Assembly (NCBI GenBank): GCA_040218735.1
Contig: JAVJQW010000038.1
Location: forward strand, 160,001 to 224,000
Source: Deltaproteobacteria bacterium
Lineage (GTDB): Bacteria; Myxococcota; Kuafuiibacteriia; Kuafuiibacteriales; Kuafuiibacteriaceae
Direction of reading: 5' to 3'
DNA length: 64,000 nucleotides
Within the stretch, counting starts at the first letter, position 1, and every line of letters begins with the position of its first letter. The notes beneath the pieces are model-generated. The model was not told where the DNA came from. It was given only the letters and a program-made list of their open reading frames with translations, and did not search any database. Made by a program: the position numbers and the translations under genes. Positions 57,444-64,000 of this stretch are shown here, in pieces.

Positions 57444-58496
57444 GTGAAGGTCGCGCTCGTCGGGTTTCGTGGCTCCGGTAAGACCACGGTGTTCAACGCC
57501 CTCACGGGGCAGTCCGCGGAGACCGGGTTCGGCAAGAAGGGCTCGTCGAACCTCGGCCGCATCCAGGTCCCGGACGAGCGCATCGACAAGCTCACCGCGA
57601 TCTACCAGCCGAAGAAGACTACACGCGCGGAGATCCAGTTCGTCGACGTCGCCGGCCCCGAAGACGCCGAGCGCGGCGCCGCGTCCGGCCTCGACCCCGC
57701 GCTCGTCGCGCTGATCCGCGAGGCCGACGCGCTCGTGCACGTCGTCCGCGGCTTCGACAACCCGATGCTCGAAGGCGGCCCCAAACCCGCCGCGGACCTC
57801 TCGGGCTTCGACGACGAGCTCGTCCTCACCGACAACGTGCAGGTCGAAAAGCGCATCGAGCGGCTCCGAAAGGAGAAAAAGGGGCCCGAGCTGGAACTCA
57901 TGGAGAAGCTCCTGGGTCTGCTTGAAGAAGGGAAGGCGCTCCGACGTCATACCTTCGCCGCCGAGGAGCTGCACACGATGTCCGGGTTCGGGTTCTTGAG
58001 CATGAAGCCGGTGCTGTGTGTGTTGAACCAGGGCGAGGACGAGATCGGCAGCCCCGCGCCCGACGACGTGGTCGCGGCCGCGAAGGAGCGGGACGTCGAC
58101 CTCATCTCGATGTGCGCGACGATGGAAGCAGAGATCATGGCGATGGAGCCGGACGACCAGGTGGCGTTCCTCGCCGACTACGGTCTGTCCGAGCCGATGC
58201 GGTCACGCTTCATCGCCGCGGCGTACGGCCTCCTCGATCTCATCAGCTTCCTGACCAGCGGCGAAGACGAAGTGCGCGCGTGGACGATCCGTCGCGGCAC
58301 GAACGCGCGCAACGCCGCCGGGAAGATCCACTCCGACCTCGAGCGTGGCTTCATCCGCGCGGAGGTCACGGCCTACGACGACTTCATCGCCCTCGGCAGC
58401 GAGGCGAAGGTGAAGGAAGCGGGTAAGCTCCGCCTCGAAGGCAAGGACTACATCGTACAGGACGGCGACATCATGCACGTCCGCCACAACAGTTGA
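57444..58496 (+). CDS. ychF: YchF/Ola1 family ATPase (divergent P-loop)
   Basis: VPDERID.L..IY.PKK, FVDVAG, EVRAWTI, AAGKIHSDLERGFIRAE, RLEGKDYIVQDGD. Confidence 0.93.
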   Translation: MKVALVGFRGSGKTTVFNALTGQSAETGFGKKGSSNLGRIQVPDERIDKLTAIYQPKKTTRAEIQFVDVAGPEDAERGAASGLDPALVALIREADALVHVVRGFDNPMLEGGPKPAADLSGFDDELVLTDNVQVEKRIERLRKEKKGPELELMEKLLGLLEEGKALRRHTFAAEELHTMSGFGFLSMKPVLCVLNQGEDEIGSPAPDDVVAAAKERDVDLISMCATMEAEIMAMEPDDQVAFLADYGLSEPMRSRFIAAAYGLLDLISFLTSGEDEVRAWTIRRGTNARNAAGKIHSDLERGFIRAEVTAYDDFIALGSEAKVKEAGKLRLEGKDYIVQDGDIMHVRHNS

Positions 58497-58509
58497 GGAC
58501 GAATCGATC

Positions 58510-59094
58510 ATGAAGAAGACGGCATTGCTCTTTGCGTTCACCTTCGCGCTCGGCGCGACGACTTCCGAGGCCCGCGCCGAGACGCACGGGTTGTACTTCT
58601 CGCAGGCCGGCGCGCTCCTCGCGTACGCCGACGCCGAGCTCAAGGTGCTCTACGGCGCCCTGACCGCGAAGGAGTTCGACCCGAAGCTCACCAAGGACAC
58701 CGTGGCCGAGCTCGACCGCACGCTCGCCGCGGCGAAGCGCAGCATCGACCGCAGCATCGCGCTCCTCCCCGAGTCGCAGGGCAAGGTGGCGCCCGAGCTC
58801 GAGAAGCTCCGCACCGCGATCAAGCAGTGCGAGGACGCGCTCAACAAACTCGGCAACGACATCACCGAGCAGACCGGCTCCACCGAGGAGGCGGAGGCCG
58901 AGCTCGGCTCGCGTCCCGAGGAGAACCTCGACGAGGAGCCGCCGCAGCGCGATTGGGAGCTGCTCAAACGCGGGACGGGTTGGCTCGGCGTCGACCTCAA
59001 GGACGCGCGCAGCAAGTACGGCTCGGTCGCGCGTAAGCTGCGCCTGAAGTCGCTGCGTTCGCCGCCGAAGCCGCGCGGCAAGCGCCCCGAGTGA
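58510..59094 (+). CDS. hypothetical secreted helical protein
   Basis: Signal peptide ..ARA; GAGGA upstream. Confidence 0.8.
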   Translation: MKKTALLFAFTFALGATTSEARAETHGLYFSQAGALLAYADAELKVLYGALTAKEFDPKLTKDTVAELDRTLAAAKRSIDRSIALLPESQGKVAPELEKLRTAIKQCEDALNKLGNDITEQTGSTEEAEAELGSRPEENLDEEPPQRDWELLKRGTGWLGVDLKDARSKYGSVARKLRLKSLRSPPKPRGKRPE

Positions 59095-61107
59095 TCACTT
59101 CGGTGCGAGCGTCGCGACCACGTTGATGGAGCGACGCTCGTCCGGACGCACCCGACGCTCCCAGGGTTCGTGCCCGTCCGCGAGGATGCGGAGCACGTAG
59201 AAGCGGTTGTCGAACGCGTGCGGCAGCACGAGCGGCGTCGTGCCCACGAACCCGTTGTCCAGCTCCACCGACGCCCCCGACGGGTTGCTCATCACCGTCA
59301 GATACCCCTTCGTCGTCGGCTGCGGCGCCGTCGTGCGCGGCGGCTCGACCGGCGGTGGCGGAGGCGGCGGCGGCGTGACCGCGACCGACGTGCCGGCGTC
59401 CGGGGTCGGCGTGACCCCCGCGTCGAGCACGGCCATCGGCTCGATCTCGTCGGTGGGCGTGCTCGTCCGCGACGCGATCGCGATCCCCAGGCCCACGAGC
59501 ACCACGACCGCCGCGCCGATCGCGACGTAGCGCCCGATCGATCCGCCGTCCTCGATGATCACCGGCGGCGTGGGGCGCGACGAGCGCGGTGCGCTCGAGT
59601 CCGCCGCCGGCAACGCGTCTTGCAGGCCCTCGAACTTGCTGTCGTCGATGACCGGCGCGGTCGGCGCCGGACGTCGGTCGTCGCTCGGGGTCGGCAGACG
59701 CAGCCCCGACGATGACGGCGGGCCCGACGGCTTGGGCGGCTCGGGCGCCGGCAGCGGCGCGGCCTTCGGCGGCTCGGACACCTCGGGCGTGGCGAACTCG
59801 GCGGCGGCCGCGCGCGCGATCTCCGGCACCTTGTTGATCCCGGTGACCTCCTGCTGGAGCACCGATCCCCAATCGCCGAACGCAGGCACCGGCGACGAAC
59901 CCTCCGAGGCGGTCAGCGGCGTCGCCGCTGGCCGTCCGACGGAACGTGCCCTCGGCCCGAGCGAAGCGAGGTCCGAAGATGGGGTACCGACGACCGGTGC
60001 GTTGTCGAGCTGCGTCGCCTCGACGTGGGCGTCGGGCATCAGCGGGTTGGTCGCGACGACGGTCTTCGGTGCGTCCTCCTCCCGCGGCGCGGAGTCGAGG
60101 AGCTGGCCGAAGGTCGCGGCGTCGTGGTCGGAGGTGAGCAGCGCCATCGGGCCGCGCCCCACGTTCGGCGGGACCGCCGCGCGCATCACCGCCGCGAGCT
60201 CACGGGCGCCGCCGGGTTGGAGCCCGACCGATTCGAGCTCGTCGTAGATCGCATCCGACAGCTCGATCGCCGTGGAGAAGCGGTCGTCGCGGTTGGGCGC
60301 GAGGGCGCGCTCGAACAGCGGGAGCAGGCCGGGGCGGCCCGCGACCACCGGCGAGGACAGCGACGGCGGCTGACCTTCGATCGCACGCTGGCAGACCAGC
60401 GCGGCCGTGAGGTGGTCGAGGTACGGCCGGCCCGTGACCAGCTCGTAGTACAGGACGCCGAGGCTGTAGACGTCGGCGCGGCGGTCGAGCGGCTCCCCGC
60501 GCGCCGCCTCCGGCGCGAGGATGCGGAAGCGGTCCACCTCGTTCGTGAGCGGCGGGAGGAGCATCGCCTGGATCGCCGGCAACCCCGGGCCGAGCACCGC
60601 GACGGAGCCCCCGGGCGCGAGGAGGACGGCCCCCTTGTGGACCTCGCCGTGGACGCGGAGCGGGGCGTCGAACCCCGGCGTGTCGTTGATCTGCTGGAGC
60701 AGCCCCGCGGCGGTGATCGCGACGGACGCCGCGAGCGGGGCGCCGAGCGGCTGCTTCTTGTGGCGCAGCGCCGTGAGGAGGGTGTCGACGCGCATCGCGC
60801 CGTTCGACACCGGGTCCAGGAGGATCGTGACCCGCCGCCCCGACACCTCGACCAGGCGCGGACCGATCACGCCCTCGATCGGTGCGTTGGCGGCCTGATG
60901 GCCGGCCTGGGTGATCACATCGACGTCGGCCGGGTCGAGCGGCGCCCGCAGATCGAGCTGGACCGCGAGCAGATGGCCCTGTCCGCCCGGCACCGACCTG
61001 AAATCGATGGTGCGACGCGATATGGTCTTACGCAGCTCGTCCCAGCGGAGCACCACGAAGGTCGGTACCTTACGTGGATCGCGGCGTGGGAAAAAGGGGG
61101 CTTTCAA
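59095..61107 (-). CDS. membrane pseudokinase with PEGA domain; start uncertain
   Basis: Kinase C-lobe motifs LAPE and DRRADVYSLG retained, but HGE in place of HRD and GPG in place of DFG; TM; PEGA L.V.SNPSGASVELD..FVGTTPL. Confidence 0.85.
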   Translation of the reverse strand: MKAPFFPRRDPRKVPTFVVLRWDELRKTISRRTIDFRSVPGGQGHLLAVQLDLRAPLDPADVDVITQAGHQAANAPIEGVIGPRLVEVSGRRVTILLDPVSNGAMRVDTLLTALRHKKQPLGAPLAASVAITAAGLLQQINDTPGFDAPLRVHGEVHKGAVLLAPGGSVAVLGPGLPAIQAMLLPPLTNEVDRFRILAPEAARGEPLDRRADVYSLGVLYYELVTGRPYLDHLTAALVCQRAIEGQPPSLSSPVVAGRPGLLPLFERALAPNRDDRFSTAIELSDAIYDELESVGLQPGGARELAAVMRAAVPPNVGRGPMALLTSDHDAATFGQLLDSAPREEDAPKTVVATNPLMPDAHVEATQLDNAPVVGTPSSDLASLGPRARSVGRPAATPLTASEGSSPVPAFGDWGSVLQQEVTGINKVPEIARAAAAEFATPEVSEPPKAAPLPAPEPPKPSGPPSSSGLRLPTPSDDRRPAPTAPVIDDSKFEGLQDALPAADSSAPRSSRPTPPVIIEDGGSIGRYVAIGAAVVVLVGLGIAIASRTSTPTDEIEPMAVLDAGVTPTPDAGTSVAVTPPPPPPPPVEPPRTTAPQPTTKGYLTVMSNPSGASVELDNGFVGTTPLVLPHAFDNRFYVLRILADGHEPWERRVRPDERRSINVVATLAPK

Positions 61108-61108
61108 C

Positions 61109-61984
61109 GTGCGGATCGCGAGTGTTTCAGACCTTCATACCGACTACCCCGAGAACCGGGACGCGGTGGTGAAGCTCGCCATCGCGATCCACGAGGGCGG
61201 CGCGGACGTCCTGATCGTCGCGGGCGACGTCTCCCACAAGAACGACCGCATCCGGCGCGCGCTCGCCGCGTTGAAGGAGGCGGCGCCGATCGTCGCGTAC
61301 ATCCCGGGCAACCACGACCTGTGGTTCGACGTCCCGTTCGCCCCGGCGCGCGAGGACCTCGACACCTGGCAGCGCTACCGCCACGAGCTGCGCGACGTCG
61401 CCACCGAGGTGGGCGCCCACTACCTCCCGGCCGGTCCGCTGTACGTCGAGGACGTCGCGATCGTCGGGACCTGCGGTTGGTACGACTACTCGCTCATGCC
61501 GCAGGCGCTGCGCGAGGGCGTGGGGATCGAAGCGCTGGAGAGCAAACAGTACGGCGGCGTGATGTGGAGCGACGCACGTTTCATCGCGTTCCGCGACGCC
61601 GACAAGAACCTGATGCCCGACGTCGACGTCGCGCGACAGATGGAGCGCGAGCTCCTCGCGCACGTCGCCCAGGCCGAGGAGAAGGACGGCGTCGAGCACA
61701 TCATCGCGGTCACGCACCACCAGCCGTTCGACCGTGTCGTCACCCACACCGGCCAGATGCCGTGGGAGTTCTTCTGCGCGTTCATGGGGAGCGAAGGGCT
61801 CGGCCGCGTCATCACCAGCAGCGACAAGATCCACCACGCGATCTACGGCCACACGCACATCGTCGGCGATCATGACGTCGATGGCGTTCGGGTGTTCGGG
61901 ACGGCGCTCGGTTATCCGCGGGAGCGGAAGGGCCTCAGCGAAGACGAGATGGTCGCGAGCCGGGTGGGGTGGATCGACCTGTGA
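61109..61984 (+). CDS. calcineurin-like metallophosphoesterase
   Basis: SDLH, AGD, PGNHD, THH.P, GHTH; GTG at 61109. Confidence 0.93.
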   Translation: MRIASVSDLHTDYPENRDAVVKLAIAIHEGGADVLIVAGDVSHKNDRIRRALAALKEAAPIVAYIPGNHDLWFDVPFAPAREDLDTWQRYRHELRDVATEVGAHYLPAGPLYVEDVAIVGTCGWYDYSLMPQALREGVGIEALESKQYGGVMWSDARFIAFRDADKNLMPDVDVARQMERELLAHVAQAEEKDGVEHIIAVTHHQPFDRVVTHTGQMPWEFFCAFMGSEGLGRVITSSDKIHHAIYGHTHIVGDHDVDGVRVFGTALGYPRERKGLSEDEMVASRVGWIDL

Positions 61985-61986
61985 CC

Positions 61987-63630
61987 TCAGCGCTCGAGCG
62001 CGTCGAGCTTCTTGCAGATCTTCCCGTACGTCTTCGGCGTCAGCGCGCCGTCGCCGGCGAGCTGCATTCGCAGATCGATCAGCTCGCTGTCGAGTGAAGC
62101 GTCCTTCGACGCTTCGAGCCGGCGCTGCACCTCGGCGACCCGGCGACGTAGTCGCCACCTCGACCAGTCGATCTCATCGACGTGGCTCAGCACCTTCGCG
62201 CTCGCACGTTCTCGCGCCGCCGGCGACTTGGCGGTGCGCAGCGCGCGGACGCCCGGGACGTGATGTTGGTGGGTGAGGTCGCCCCGCTCGAGCCCCTTCG
62301 CCGCGAGCGCGGTCTGCAGACGCTCGGCGCCCGACGGCTCTGCGGTCCGTGCGAGGTCGGGCGCGGGCTCGACCGGACGCCGACGGCGGGGACGCGGCTT
62401 CTTCGGGGCGGGTGCCTCTTCGGTCGGCGGCTGTTCTGAAGGCACCGCGCGCGCCGAAGGGAGCGCGCTCGCCGAAGGCACCGCACGCGCCCGTACCTCG
62501 GGCGCTCTTGCCGGGGGCCCCTCGGTCGAGCTCGGGAGCGCGAAGAGCAGCAGCACCGCGGTCGAGACCAGCGCCAACGCGAGCAGCACGTACGGCGCGC
62601 GGCTCGGCTTCGGCATCGCCTCCGGGGGCGGGAGGACCGCGGCGCGCGTCGCCTCGGAGGTGTCCGCGACGTGGGTAGCGGCCGCCTCGGGTTGGAAGTG
62701 CTCGCCCAGCCACGCCGCGACCTCGTCGCGGGTCGCGGTCGGGATGCCCGTCGCCCGTAGCGCCGCGGCGAACCGAGCGGCCGTCGCGAAGCGATCCGCG
62801 GGGGCCTTCGCCAGCGCACCGTACAGGACCTCGTCGATCGCGGCGGGGATCTCGGGGCGGAGCGCGGACGCGCTCGGCGCGGCGCGCACGGTGATCGCGG
62901 CGAGCGCTTCGCCCACCGGCAGCTCCTCGATGACCGGTACGAGCGTGAGCATCTCGAACAGCACGACCCCGAGCGCGTACAGATCGGTGCGACGGTCGAC
63001 GCGCTCGCCGGCGGCCTGCTCCGGGGAGAAGTACTCGACGGTCCCGACTAACACCTGCTGCCGGGTCTCGAAGTCACCGACGGACGCACGCGCGACGCCG
63101 AAGTCGATCACCTTCACGTCGCCGTCGAAGGTGAGCATCAGGTTCTTCGGCGCGAGGTCGCGGTGCACGATCGACAGCGGCGCGCCGTCGGGGCCGGTCG
63201 CGTCGTGGACGTAGGCGAGGGCGTCGAGCGTCATCGTCGCGATCGCCATGACGATCGGGAGGGGCATGAACGTGTCACGCTCGCGCAGCGCGCCGATCAC
63301 GTCGGCGAGATCGACGCCCGCCACGTGCTCCATCGCGATGTAGAACGCGTCGTCGACGAAGCCGGCGTCGAGGGTCTTGGCGACGTTCGGGTGGTCGAGG
63401 AACGCGGCGACGTGCGCCTCGCGGACGAAACGTTTGTGCGCGACCTCGTGGTCGACGAGCGCCTCGGTCAGTCGCTTGAGCACACACGGCCCGGGCGCGC
63501 CCTCGCGCTGCGCGAGCCAGACCTCGCCCATCCCGCCGCGACCGATCGGCGCGAGGAGCGCGTACCGCCCGAACGTCCCGCGCGGCGTCGACCGGCGGCG
63601 GATGACGAGCGTCTGCTCCACGTGCGCCAT
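61987..63630 (-). CDS. membrane Ser/Thr protein kinase
   Basis: GRGGMGEVW, VLK, HRDLAPKN, DFG, YFSPEQ; TM and C-terminal extracytoplasmic region. Confidence 0.95.
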   Translation of the reverse strand: MAHVEQTLVIRRRSTPRGTFGRYALLAPIGRGGMGEVWLAQREGAPGPCVLKRLTEALVDHEVAHKRFVREAHVAAFLDHPNVAKTLDAGFVDDAFYIAMEHVAGVDLADVIGALRERDTFMPLPIVMAIATMTLDALAYVHDATGPDGAPLSIVHRDLAPKNLMLTFDGDVKVIDFGVARASVGDFETRQQVLVGTVEYFSPEQAAGERVDRRTDLYALGVVLFEMLTLVPVIEELPVGEALAAITVRAAPSASALRPEIPAAIDEVLYGALAKAPADRFATAARFAAALRATGIPTATRDEVAAWLGEHFQPEAAATHVADTSEATRAAVLPPPEAMPKPSRAPYVLLALALVSTAVLLLFALPSSTEGPPARAPEVRARAVPSASALPSARAVPSEQPPTEEAPAPKKPRPRRRRPVEPAPDLARTAEPSGAERLQTALAAKGLERGDLTHQHHVPGVRALRTAKSPAARERASAKVLSHVDEIDWSRWRLRRRVAEVQRRLEASKDASLDSELIDLRMQLAGDGALTPKTYGKICKKLDALER

Positions 63631-63669
63631 CCTAACGGCGATACATACTTCGTGGTACGATTCGTCGCC

Positions 63670-64000
63670 GTGTGGAGTCTGGGCCTGCTCCTGTCCAGCG
63701 CGCCCGTCGTCCTCCATCTGCTGAACGCCGAAGGCCTCCCGCCCCGCGGGGCGACGGAGGTCATGACGCAGATGGCGGTGGGGATCGAGGCGGCGACGGG
63801 GCGTGACGTCGCGCTCGACGACAGCACGCGCTGCGAGGACGCCGAGGTCTGCGCCGGAGCGATCGGTACGCGTTACGCGACGGACGATGTCCTGCTCGTG
63901 CAGCTCTTCGGCGCGGTGCAGACGGGGCGCGCGCGTGTGCTGCTCGCGGATCGAACGGGAAGGACGCAGCGTCGCGTCGACCTCGACTTCCCGCGTGACG
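63670..64000 (+). CDS. hypothetical protein, truncated by the window end
   Basis: GTG at 63670 opens VWSLGLLLSSAPVVLHLL...; no stop seen before 64000. Confidence 0.55.
   Translation, partial: MWSLGLLLSSAPVVLHLLNAEGLPPRGATEVMTQMAVGIEAATGRDVALDDSTRCEDAEVCAGAIGTRYATDDVLLVQLFGAVQTGRARVLLADRTGRTQRRVDLDFPRD

Overview
A high-GC (about 70% by eye) bacterial window that looks like Myxococcota: MYXO-CTERM-like tails, many Cys-rich lipoproteins, Ser/Thr kinases, CHAT/ECF genes. It holds about 55 CDS; I found no rRNA, tRNA, CRISPR array or transposase. Main observations: (1) 19398-26548 is a RiPP-like cluster built from lasso-pathway parts (two PqqD/RRE, B2 leader peptidase, HPr-kinase-like kinase, nucleotidyltransferase, two glycosyltransferases, ABC exporter) with no lasso cyclase in the window. 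It includes a 51-aa precursor missing from the ORF track (23215-23370, minus strand) with a lasso-type leader and a Ser/Thr/Pro-rich core that cannot form a standard lasso ring, so it is a candidate linear phospho-/glyco-peptide system. (2) A Bd0055-like bacterial histone with a Lys-rich N-terminal tail (682-891). (3) A module of ECF sigma, zinc anti-sigma, sensor-less sigma54 activator and membrane-anchored TPR-CHAT protease (8696-13930). (4) A ~460-bp inverted hexamer microsatellite covering a gene's 5' end (2091-2555). (5) A structured intergenic region (48595-49065) with an orphan + strand terminator, DnaA-box-like motifs and parS half-sites. (6) Several apparent pseudoenzymes (CpaF, Fic, trypsin-like, kinase) and a stand-alone AbiTii-like gene. 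All family calls come from motif recognition by eye, not database searches.
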